Of a DNA stretch of 64,000 bases, positions 1 to 8,458 are shown piece after piece; within the stretch, counting starts at the first letter, position 1; the number at the start of each line of letters is the position of its first letter. Source of the DNA: Alphaproteobacteria bacterium (GTDB lineage Bacteria > Pseudomonadota > Alphaproteobacteria > Micavibrionales > SZUA-601); assembly GCA_965246875.1 (NCBI GenBank), contig CBDFFU010000003.1:199385-263384 (forward strand). The letters are read 5' to 3'. Made by a program: the position numbers and the translations under genes. The notes under the pieces are model-generated. The model did no database searches. It was not told the origin of the DNA and worked only from the letters and a program-made list of their open reading frames with translations.

Positions 1-11
1 GAACTTATTAT

Positions 12-383
12 ATGACGAGCGCCAGTGAAATATTTTTCATGGAATACAAGAAATTTGTTTGGAATGACGAGATGAATGTCACCAGTAATGAACTTGGCAG
101 CTCCCAAGTGACATCCCATCAAAAGCAGATCGTGTCACGCAATGAATCAGGTGACGTTGTCACATTAGCGATTTCGCCAGACGACCCCCTGACGGACCTA
201 TCAGATCAGCATCGCACCAGTTTGACCAATATATTTCGCTATAATTATGCGCATCTTAAATCTGATCACACCGATGAGCCTACTCTGGCTGAGTTGCGGA
301 TCATGCTCAATAAAATTGACGTCTGCAATCACACGGCGTCACGTATGTCGCAGGCCACGCCTGCTCCTCACGGCGCATCATAA
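12..383 (+). CDS. hypothetical protein (frame stays open to the window edge, may start upstream)
   Basis: 123-aa ORF with no recognisable motif. There is no in-frame stop between base 3 and the ATG at 12. The 3' end overlaps the convergent SBP gene by 16 nt. Confidence 0.3.
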   Translation: MTSASEIFFMEYKKFVWNDEMNVTSNELGSSQVTSHQKQIVSRNESGDVVTLAISPDDPLTDLSDQHRTSLTNIFRYNYAHLKSDHTDEPTLAELRIMLNKIDVCNHTASRMSQATPAPHGAS

Positions 384-1237
384 TAAAACGTCGGCACCTT
401 ATTCCCATCCAGCTTCGGATCGTATTTTTGAATAATGGCCTTGGTTTGGCCTGACGCGTTGAGTTCCAGAAACGCGGCGTCCAGCATGGCTTTTAATTTC
501 GGCTCATCATTATTTACCGAAACGCTGATCGTATAGGTCAAGACCGGCTTGTCATTCGCGCGGCGTAAAACGCCTGGGTTGTTCTGCATAAACCCATCGG
601 CGCGTGACACGTCAGAGAACACGATATCCGCTTTGTTCTGCACCACGTTGGAATATAACATCGACATTTCAGAATTTTGCGGCAATGCAAAAGTCTTGGC
701 ATTCGGGAACCGGTTTTTCGCCACGGCATCTGTCGCCTCACCGTCCATCGTCGACAAGGTATATTGTGGATCGTTCACCATGTCCCAGCTTTGGTCAAAA
801 CGGTGATCCTGTTCCCGCACATACGCATAAATCGGATTGTAGAAAATCGGGTTGGTGAACAGGATATGCTGGCCGCGTTGCGCGTTCTGGTTCATGCCAC
901 CACAAAAGGCCTCGAACCGGCCCGACTTCAAGCCCTCAATCGCCTGCGGCCCGTATCCGGTTTCCTCGGTGAACTCAATTTTGATATTCATGTTCTGCGC
1001 CGCCAGCGCCAGATAATCCGGCAGAATACCGGTCGTGGCACCCGTGTTCGGATCCTTCATAAATACCTGCGGCGGCCAGGTGGCATAGGCACAGCGCAAT
1101 ACGCGGGTTTTCATCACCCGGTCATACGCGCGATTGGCGTGCGTGTCTGCAACAACGCCGCCTTTAGGCTTCGCAAACTGCGTGACTAGCAACGCGGTGA
1201 TCAAAGCCGTGATTAAAGAAATCAAAAACGTTTTCAT
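368..1237 (-). CDS. periplasmic solute-binding protein, family 3 (polar amino-acid ABC type)
   Basis: 289 aa with an N-terminal hydrophobic signal/anchor (LISLITALITALLV). Size and conserved blocks (RCAYATWPP, GGMNQN, C-terminal LELNASGQ) fit SBP_bac_3. It is a paralogue of 3810..4625. No permease or ATPase gene is adjacent. Confidence 0.75.
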   Translation of the reverse strand: MKTFLISLITALITALLVTQFAKPKGGVVADTHANRAYDRVMKTRVLRCAYATWPPQVFMKDPNTGATTGILPDYLALAAQNMNIKIEFTEETGYGPQAIEGLKSGRFEAFCGGMNQNAQRGQHILFTNPIFYNPIYAYVREQDHRFDQSWDMVNDPQYTLSTMDGEATDAVAKNRFPNAKTFALPQNSEMSMLYSNVVQNKADIVFSDVSRADGFMQNNPGVLRRANDKPVLTYTISVSVNNDEPKLKAMLDAAFLELNASGQTKAIIQKYDPKLDGNKVPTFYYDAP

Positions 1238-1314
1238 CGGGTTATCCTGTTTGCGCAGAAGATTTAACTGCTACCTTATCGGTCTGCCCAAACGGGTCAA
1301 GACAGGAAAGTCGC

Positions 1315-2097
1315 TTATTGTGGCGTAACAACCGGTTTATTCATATCACGCTCACCAGAGGAAAAACCGTCAAAGATCACCCCCTCACTCAGCCATAATC
1401 CCGTTTGTGTATTTTGCGCGAACAGCTCTATGGCACCGTTATGGCAGACCGGAATGGTGAAGTAGTCCGCTTCTTCTATCTGCAGCAATTGCTTTTTAAC
1501 AAACGTGTTGAAACGCCCGTGTCCAACAATGACATTCAAGACACCCGGCTCATCACAAAATTCTGCATTGTGCAAAAATTGTGCAGCCCGTTCGTCACAA
1601 TCCTGATAACTTTCTCCGTGATGATCATGGTCGCTTACTTCACCATTTAATCCGACCGCATTCTTGACACGGGCTGCGGGTCGTGCCGCATAACGTTTGT
1701 CAGGATCCTTAAAATCATTGGCAAACGCTTCGCCCGTCGCGCCAAACAAGGTCGCGATTTCTTCGGGCGTATAACCTTCAAACTGACCCAGGCCTTTTTC
1801 ATGCAATAACGGATCAATGGTGTAAGAAATAGAAAAATCATAAGCCGTGTTCTGATTGATGATGTCGTTAGCCGTTTGCATGGCACGTGGATAAGGGCTG
1901 ACGATAAAATGCAGTCTGGTCACGTCTTGCAGGGCAAACGCATAAGCAAATAGATGCTTACCCGTTTCTGCTGCCTGGACATGCCCGATTTCTGCTAGGC
2001 CAACCGTTGCGTCTGATTGTGTCTGCAACATGGTCGGATTTTCATTAGCAACCGATTTCGTATGGCGGATCATGGCACGTCTTTTCACACGAATCAC
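1315..2097 (-). CDS. histidine phosphatase family protein (phosphoglycerate-mutase-like fold)
   Basis: Carries the signature set RHTKS (RHG-type), SPYPRAMQTA, GES and VGHG in the expected order. The first codon in the track is a non-ATG start. An ATG alternative lies at 2073. Confidence 0.7.
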   Translation of the reverse strand: MIRVKRRAMIRHTKSVANENPTMLQTQSDATVGLAEIGHVQAAETGKHLFAYAFALQDVTRLHFIVSPYPRAMQTANDIINQNTAYDFSISYTIDPLLHEKGLGQFEGYTPEEIATLFGATGEAFANDFKDPDKRYAARPAARVKNAVGLNGEVSDHDHHGESYQDCDERAAQFLHNAEFCDEPGVLNVIVGHGRFNTFVKKQLLQIEEADYFTIPVCHNGAIELFAQNTQTGLWLSEGVIFDGFSSGERDMNKPVVTPQ

Positions 2098-2186
2098 CCT
2101 ATCCGGTTTCCTGCTTTGTCAATTCAAGCCAAGATTTGACAATTATAATTATATAATTTACATAAGTCAATATATTTTTAAGAAGA

Positions 2187-2663
2187 CTAGGGTGTCGTTA
2201 TCCGCGCCGCTTCTTCATCATCCTGCAACGGTTCGAATTTTGACCAGAACAAATCAATCGCATTCTGGTCAATAAATAACGCGCCATCCGGCATATCGGC
2301 CGTACGTCTCAAAACTCGCTCTTGTGACACTTCAAAGGGTGTTTGCAGCGCATAAAGCTTTGGCACAGCGCCAAAGGCCTTGACACGGGCAATGGCGTCA
2401 TTGCGTGACGCACGGGTCCAAAAGCCTAAATCAAGAATAGCATCTACACCGGCTTGTGTTGTTTTTGCAATCTGCAACCAGATAAAATCCATGATCCGGG
2501 CGTGATACTCTTGAAACAAGTCAGCCGGCGGATTACTGCCATAGAGGGCGATCATCCATTCATCCGGCGAGAAACGGATAGCATTTGTTTCTGCTTCCAG
2601 CGCTTTAGCAAATGTTGTTTTACCCGACCCTAAAAAACCATGTATAAGATGTACGATAGTCAT
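2187..2663 (-). CDS. small P-loop kinase-like ATP-binding protein (AAA_33/zeta-toxin-like fold)
   Basis: 158 aa with Walker A GFLGSGKT at residues 9-16 and no other domain. It is co-directional with the phosphatase gene 89 nt downstream. Confidence 0.6.
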   Translation of the reverse strand: MTIVHLIHGFLGSGKTTFAKALEAETNAIRFSPDEWMIALYGSNPPADLFQEYHARIMDFIWLQIAKTTQAGVDAILDLGFWTRASRNDAIARVKAFGAVPKLYALQTPFEVSQERVLRRTADMPDGALFIDQNAIDLFWSKFEPLQDDEEAARITTP

Positions 2664-2727
2664 AGCGTTTCCTTAAAAGACATCTCATCTGCCGGATTGA
2701 ATGAAACAACTGTCAATCTGCAAAATT

Positions 2728-3021
2728 TCAACGTTTAAAAACCTGCACAAGTTCTGTATTCTTGTTCAAGATTTGCGCATTCTGCTGAATGATCCGCTGG
2801 TTATCTTTTTCGTGTGTCCACACAGCGACCGCACATAACCAGGCCGCCGACACGATGGCACAGCCAAGCAACGCGCGTTTGTTCGCTTTGAAAACATCCA
2901 GAATAGGCATTGCAGTTTTCATACTCAGCAATATGACAAAATTGTAAACAACTGTAAAGAACAAATTGGCTTTTTGTGATTTATCTTTATGATAAAGTTT
3001 ATCTATACTATTGATAATCAA
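2728..3021 (-). CDS. hypothetical small membrane protein
   Basis: 97-aa ORF with hydrophobic segments. It is divergent from the lipoprotein gene. The start is uncertain (internal Met at MKTAMPIL). Confidence 0.3.
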   Translation of the reverse strand: MIINSIDKLYHKDKSQKANLFFTVVYNFVILLSMKTAMPILDVFKANKRALLGCAIVSAAWLCAVAVWTHEKDNQRIIQQNAQILNKNTELVQVFKR

Positions 3022-3038
3022 GAAAGGCGTAACCCTTC

Positions 3039-3788
3039 ATGTTTAAAGCTCTCGTCCTGCTCTCCATTTGCTTGCTGACTGCTTGCAGCACAACCCAAAC
3101 CACATCTGGCAAAGAGTATCTGGCTCGACACACAGAGTCGGTTGCCAACAACACATTTGATTCTAAAAGCTTTCAAGATGCGCTGAGACAGGCGGTGTCC
3201 GTTGAACCGACATTACGCTTTCCAGCTCGTATCGGGATTGCAAAAGTCACAAACGGAAAACTGACCAACCTCAGCGGCGATGATGTGCAAATCTGGGATA
3301 AACTGCGTCAGAATCTAGGGCCAAAACTTGGCGAGCTTGTTCCGGTTAATCCGCTGGTTGCACAAACCGTTTCCAGTACTGTTGCAGCTGATAACGCAAA
3401 CGAATTGAATAAAATCCGCTTGGGTGCTGCCCGCCAACATCTGGACGCTGTCATTATTTATGAGACCTACAGCAAAGCGGATACACGCGGCAATTTAATT
3501 TCATTCATCGCCGATGTCAGTCTCATCGGTGCCTTTATCGTGCCAGCTAACCAAGTCAAAGCCGAAGGCTTTGCGTCTGCCACATTGATTGATGTCATGC
3601 AGGCTTACCCTTACGGATCAGTAGACACCATCGTCGAAAAGGGTGATATGCTGTCGACCACAATCCACAATGACGATAATAAGCTGGCACTCTCCGATAC
3701 TGTTCAACGCCGCGCCACGGAAAAATTGGTGACCGAAGTTGAGGACATGTTGCAAAAACTGATGGCGACATTATCAGCGAAAAAATAA
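3039..3788 (+). CDS. lipoprotein of unknown function
   Basis: Signal peptide with lipobox LLTAC|S (MFKALVLLSICLLTACSTTQ). 249 aa with no further motif recognised. Confidence 0.55.
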   Translation: MFKALVLLSICLLTACSTTQTTSGKEYLARHTESVANNTFDSKSFQDALRQAVSVEPTLRFPARIGIAKVTNGKLTNLSGDDVQIWDKLRQNLGPKLGELVPVNPLVAQTVSSTVAADNANELNKIRLGAARQHLDAVIIYETYSKADTRGNLISFIADVSLIGAFIVPANQVKAEGFASATLIDVMQAYPYGSVDTIVEKGDMLSTTIHNDDNKLALSDTVQRRATEKLVTEVEDMLQKLMATLSAKK

Positions 3789-3809
3789 TTCCTTCTAGGA
3801 GAGAATATA

Positions 3810-4625
3810 ATGAAACTTTGTTGCGCACTTCTCTGTCTTGCTGTTCTTTGCAGTTCACTTTCATACGCCACTGAACCCAAATCTGCAGCACAGCGCGTGA
3901 TTGATTCTGGCATATTGCGTTGCGGCTATGCCACCTCGCCGCCGGTTCTGGTCAAAGATGCCAACACGGGCAAACTCTCCGGGTCTGATTACGACATCGT
4001 CGAAGCCATCGGCAAGAAGCTTAATCTTAAAGTGGAATGGGCCGAGGAAGTCGGCTGGGGCAATTTTATCGAGGGCTTGCGCACCAACCGCTATGACATG
4101 ATGTGCGGGTCTTTGTGGCCAGACGATACGCGCATCAAATTCCTGTCGCTGACCCGCCCCGTTTATTACGACCGCATGCTGGCCTATGCCCGGTTCGACG
4201 ATAAACGTTTCGATGGCAATATTGAAAAAATCAACAATGCCAACATTCACATCGCGGTCATTGACGGGGATGCCTCCGCCACCTTTGCGCGTGACCGTTT
4301 TCCCAATGCCAAACAACTGGCCTTGCCGCAAACTGCGGTCGTGGCCGATATGATGCTGTCTCTCACCACCAAAAAAGCCGACATCATTTTTCTTGACCCC
4401 GTGCGCATTGCCGTGTTCGAGGAAAACAACAAAGGCAAAATCCGCCCGGTCGCCAACGTCGAGCCGATCAACGTCATCGGCACATCCTACGGCGTCAAAG
4501 CCGGCGAACTGCAATTGCGCGACATGATCGATATCGCCTTACGCGAACTGGTCAATAACGGCACCATCGCAAAACTATTAGCGAAGACATCAAAAGATTT
4601 AACGCCGCCGCGGAAGGATTATTAA
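3810..4625 (+). CDS. periplasmic solute-binding protein, family 3
   Basis: 271 aa with a signal peptide. Shares the pattern of 368..1237 (RCGYATSPP, MMCGSLW, C-terminal LRELVNNGT). Confidence 0.75.
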   Translation: MKLCCALLCLAVLCSSLSYATEPKSAAQRVIDSGILRCGYATSPPVLVKDANTGKLSGSDYDIVEAIGKKLNLKVEWAEEVGWGNFIEGLRTNRYDMMCGSLWPDDTRIKFLSLTRPVYYDRMLAYARFDDKRFDGNIEKINNANIHIAVIDGDASATFARDRFPNAKQLALPQTAVVADMMLSLTTKKADIIFLDPVRIAVFEENNKGKIRPVANVEPINVIGTSYGVKAGELQLRDMIDIALRELVNNGTIAKLLAKTSKDLTPPRKDY

Positions 4626-4644
4626 AGTCTTTGCTCTAATAGCA

Positions 4645-4671
4645 AAAAGGGCACTTTTAAAGCGCCCTTTT
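4645..4671. terminator. candidate bidirectional hairpin between convergent SBP and sucD genes
   Basis: AAAAGGGC (4645-4652) pairs with GCCCTTTT (4664-4671) around an 11-nt loop. A/T runs lie on both sides. The stem is modest. Confidence 0.35.
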
Positions 4672-4693
4672 AAAATCCTATAATCTTTTAGTC

Positions 4694-5569
4694 TTACTTC
4701 GCCATCGCTGCTTTCACGGCATCGGCCAAACCGGCCGGGGAGCGTGACACGACGATGCCGGCCGCTTCCATGGCGTTGATCTTGCTTTGGGCGTCGCCTT
4801 TGCCGCCGGCGATAATCGCGCCGGCATGGCCCATGCGGCGTCCGGGTGGGGCGGTGATCCCGGCAATAAAGCCGCCGATTGGTTTTTTGCGTTTGTCGTT
4901 CATCACAAATTCCGCGGCGTCCTCTTCGGCACTGCCGCCGATTTCACCGATCATGATGATGGCTTCGGTTTCCGGGTCATCCAGGAGCAGGTCGATCGCA
5001 TCGATGAAATTCGTGCCGTTGATCGGGTCACCGCCGATACCGATACAGGTCGACTGGCCCAGACCCGCCGCCGTGGTTTGCGCCACCGCTTCATAGGTCA
5101 GCGTGCCGGAACGCGACACGATGCCAATCTTGCCACGTTTGTGGATATGGCCCGGCATGATGCCGATTTTGCATTCGCCTGGCGTGATGACGCCCGGACA
5201 GTTCGGCCCGATCAGGCGCGATTTGCTGCCGCTCAAAGCACGTTTGACGCGCATCATATCCAGAACCGGGATGCCTTCGGTAATGCAGACGATCAAGGGT
5301 AGTTCGGCGGAGATGGCCTCCAGAATGGCATCGGCCGCGAATGGCGGCGGCACGTAAATGACGGAGGCATTCGCACCCGTCTCATGCACCGCTTCGGCAA
5401 CGGTATTGAACACCGGCAGACCGAGATGTTTCGTGCCCCCCTTGCCCGGCGTCACGCCACCGACCATTTTGGTCCCGTATGCAATGGCTTGTTCCGAGTG
5501 GAACGTCCCTTGCGCGCCGGTAAAGCCCTGGCAGATGACTTTGGTGTTTTTATCGATAAGAACGGCCAT
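4694..5569 (-). CDS. sucD: succinyl-CoA synthetase alpha subunit
   Basis: 291 aa with full-length collinear SucD blocks ([34 protein letters not shown]). Confidence 0.95.
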   Translation of the reverse strand: MAVLIDKNTKVICQGFTGAQGTFHSEQAIAYGTKMVGGVTPGKGGTKHLGLPVFNTVAEAVHETGANASVIYVPPPFAADAILEAISAELPLIVCITEGIPVLDMMRVKRALSGSKSRLIGPNCPGVITPGECKIGIMPGHIHKRGKIGIVSRSGTLTYEAVAQTTAAGLGQSTCIGIGGDPINGTNFIDAIDLLLDDPETEAIIMIGEIGGSAEEDAAEFVMNDKRKKPIGGFIAGITAPPGRRMGHAGAIIAGGKGDAQSKINAMEAAGIVVSRSPAGLADAVKAAMAK

Positions 5570-5832
5570 TAATTTTCTCCAAGACTCAAAAAATGTTTAT
5601 TTAAAGCTTTTTGTAAGCACCAAATAGAAATTGGAAAACTAAGCAAAACACTTACAAGCGTTATAACACCTGTGGTTATTTTTTCATCTATACCAGCAAT
5701 AGTACCTGTAACCCCAAGAATAATTCCCAATCCAAGTCCGCTAACAAGCCCCCAAACAATCACACGCCAAACCCACGACCACCAAATTTTAACGGCCGTT
5801 CCCATGTCTACGACATTTTTTGACTTGCTCAT
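5569..5832 (-). CDS. small 2-TM membrane protein inserted between sucC and sucD
   Basis: ATG at 5830-5832 lies 2 nt after the sucC TGA (5835-5837). Its TAA overlaps the sucD ATG as TAATG (5567-5571). It has two hydrophobic spans and lower GC than its neighbours. Confidence 0.5.
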   Translation of the reverse strand: MSKSKNVVDMGTAVKIWWSWVWRVIVWGLVSGLGLGIILGVTGTIAGIDEKITTGVITLVSVLLSFPISIWCLQKALNKHFLSLGEN

Positions 5833-5834
5833 AA

Positions 5835-7007
5835 TCAAGCCGCTTTCTTATCCAGCACATTCGCAATCTTCTCCGCCGCGTCTTTCAGATTATTCGCGGA
5901 GACGATGGCCAAACCGGAGGCGGCCAAAATAGCTTTACCCTGCTCGACATTCGTACCCTCAAGGCGCACCACCAGCGGACGATCCAGCGACACTTCCTTG
6001 GCCGCCGCGATGATGCCGTCGGCGATAATGTCGCACCGCATGATGCCGCCGAAGATATTGACCAGGATGGCCTCGACGTTTTTGTCCGACAAAATCAGTT
6101 TGAACGCCGCGATGATCTGGTCTTTCTGCGCGCCGCCGCCCACATCCAGAAAGTTTGCCGGCTTTTGGCCAGCCAACTGGATAATGTCCATCGTCGCCAT
6201 GGCTAAACCGGCGCCATTGACCATGCAGCCGATATTGCCGTCCAGTTTGACGTAGTTCAAACCCCATTTGACAGCTTCGCGCTCCATTGGATCTTCTTCA
6301 TCTTCGTCGCGCATGGCAACAATTTCCGGATGGCGGAACAGCGCATTTTCGTCAAAATTAAATTTCGCGTCCAGCGCCAGCAATTGGTCGTCTTTGGTGA
6401 TGACCAACGGGTTGATCTCGACGATCGAGCAATCCAGCTCGGTGAACATTTTATACATGGCCGACAATAATTTGCCGCACTGCTTGTTCAAATCGCCTTC
6501 CAGACCCAGACCGAACGCAATATCACGCGCGTGAAACGCCTGCAATCCCGTCACCGGGTCGATCGAGACCTTGATAATTTTGTCCGGGTGATGTTCGGCG
6601 ACTTCTTCAATATCCACACCACCCTCTGTCGACGCCATAATGGTGATGCGCGAGGTGGCGCGGTCGACCAGCATCGACAAATACAATTCCTTGGCGATAT
6701 CAACGCCATCGGCGATTAGCAGACGGTTGACCTTTTGGCCCTCGGCGGTTGTCTGATGTGTAATCAATTGCATACCCAACATGCGGGTCGCTTCGGTTTT
6801 GACATCATCAATGGATTTCACAACCTTGACGCCGCCGCCTTTGCCGCGACCACCCGCATGAATTTGCGCCTTGACCACCCAGATCGGGCCTGGCAATTGC
6901 TTAGCCGCTGCTACCGCCTCATCAACACTAAACGCCGCGATGCCCTTCGGCACGGGAACGTTATACTTGGCGAGCAAATCTTTGGCTTGATATTCATGAA
7001 TATTCAT
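5835..7007 (-). CDS. sucC: succinyl-CoA synthetase beta subunit
   Basis: [12 protein letters not shown] start and ATP-grasp blocks typical of SucC. The ATG at 7005-7007 is preceded by AAGGTG. The track ORF extends to a GTG at 7016. Confidence 0.95.
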   Translation of the reverse strand: MNIHEYQAKDLLAKYNVPVPKGIAAFSVDEAVAAAKQLPGPIWVVKAQIHAGGRGKGGGVKVVKSIDDVKTEATRMLGMQLITHQTTAEGQKVNRLLIADGVDIAKELYLSMLVDRATSRITIMASTEGGVDIEEVAEHHPDKIIKVSIDPVTGLQAFHARDIAFGLGLEGDLNKQCGKLLSAMYKMFTELDCSIVEINPLVITKDDQLLALDAKFNFDENALFRHPEIVAMRDEDEEDPMEREAVKWGLNYVKLDGNIGCMVNGAGLAMATMDIIQLAGQKPANFLDVGGGAQKDQIIAAFKLILSDKNVEAILVNIFGGIMRCDIIADGIIAAAKEVSLDRPLVVRLEGTNVEQGKAILAASGLAIVSANNLKDAAEKIANVLDKKAA

Positions 7008-7170
7008 GGATTGCACCTTGTGACACGGTGTTTAAATGGATGCATCCTGTGTAGCGGATTTTAACGAACGGGGGAAGGGTGATACGTGTGATGCGCAAAT
7101 TTTGTTGACATAGTCATGCACTATGAGGCATATTTTTATTTTGTAAAAAACCGTCTCAAAAAGATTCGTC

Positions 7171-7602
7171 ATGACAAAACACTCCACCGCAGCAAAAATC
7201 GTATTTCTGGCGCATTCTTTGCCCGATCCACATCATGATACCCAGGCTGCTGTTTTTCATGAGCTTATCGAGCGTAATTTTGTCGATATTTGCTCAGACA
7301 AGGCGTCAAGACGTACGTTTAGTGTTTTAGACCCACATACGCATGGCATGTTTTGCGTTACGGAATATGATGCAGCAGGCTGTATTGCTACTCGGAGGAT
7401 CTATTCGCCTTTGGAAAATCAAACCGCTACGCTGCTCTATAACAACAATCAGCCTGAGAAAATTGCATTTGAATATCAACAGCCTATGAATGGAGCAGAA
7501 CGCGCAACGGTCAAGGAATTTGGCAACCTATGGGCTGAAATACAGTTTTTTCAAAATAATCTGGCGGTTTACGTCAACCCTTTCCCAAGCAAGCCGCTTT
7601 AG
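7171..7602 (+). CDS. hypothetical protein
   Basis: 143-aa ORF with AT-rich surroundings and no motif recognised. It lies on the opposite strand to the suc genes. Confidence 0.4.
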   Translation: MTKHSTAAKIVFLAHSLPDPHHDTQAAVFHELIERNFVDICSDKASRRTFSVLDPHTHGMFCVTEYDAAGCIATRRIYSPLENQTATLLYNNNQPEKIAFEYQQPMNGAERATVKEFGNLWAEIQFFQNNLAVYVNPFPSKPL

Positions 7603-7709
7603 AATGGTTTCTGCTCTTGATCTAGCTTAATGCCATTATTAATAAAAATACTTTAAAATTTTATTGACATTCATTTTATATTGAGACATAATACTAACAT
7701 CTTTATATT

Positions 7710-8408
7710 ATGCGAGACTTACTTATGCCATCTCCGTTTCCATTTCCACTCATTAAAGGCAGTTTCGAAGCCCTGTTGGGCCATGACTGGCCGGAAAGTG
7801 CAGATAAAGGCTGGCTGCGCTCGCCACAAGCCAAGATTTCAGATCAGGAAAGAAATTTTGCTGCTCTTGCAAACCGATATTTTGGTTGCAATTTTTCCTA
7901 TGGTGAATCACCAACACTGGGCAAAACTCTTATCGTGAACCCTGCATCTTCACTTGCTGATCAAGCGTTTGCCGATGCCTATGGACAAGTTGCAGCCAAT
8001 CATCACTCTGCTGAAAAAGCCGCCAGCGGTTTGGCACTGCATGGGTACATGCAAAACCTGTATCACAATGCTGGTGTGCTGGATAAATGGGGCCATTGGT
8101 CACTGGGATGCAATACAGGTGGCTTCAATGTTTATAAGATGGATCCGCAATCACCAAACGAAAACACATTTTTACGCGCGGCGCAACGCATTATTCAAGC
8201 TTCTCACCGTGTGGGACAGTCCATGACAGCAGATATGAGGATTTATTCTGCTCAACCGACACAAGTTGCGCAACTCAAAATACATGACCGCCCGACAACG
8301 CCTGATGTTTTATCTGCGGTTCATGACAAATTAGTTGCGTCCTTGGAATTGTGCGCAAAGGCTGGTCCTCAGGATCAGGCAATTCTTCAAAGACGTCTTG
8401 GGCTTTAA
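7710..8408 (+). CDS. hypothetical protein
   Basis: 232-aa ORF with no signal peptide or motif recognised. Confidence 0.4.
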   Translation: MRDLLMPSPFPFPLIKGSFEALLGHDWPESADKGWLRSPQAKISDQERNFAALANRYFGCNFSYGESPTLGKTLIVNPASSLADQAFADAYGQVAANHHSAEKAASGLALHGYMQNLYHNAGVLDKWGHWSLGCNTGGFNVYKMDPQSPNENTFLRAAQRIIQASHRVGQSMTADMRIYSAQPTQVAQLKIHDRPTTPDVLSAVHDKLVASLELCAKAGPQDQAILQRRLGL

Positions 8409-8458
8409 AGAAAAACCGCCATCACTGACGGCTTTTTATTCTATGGCCTTAACACAAT

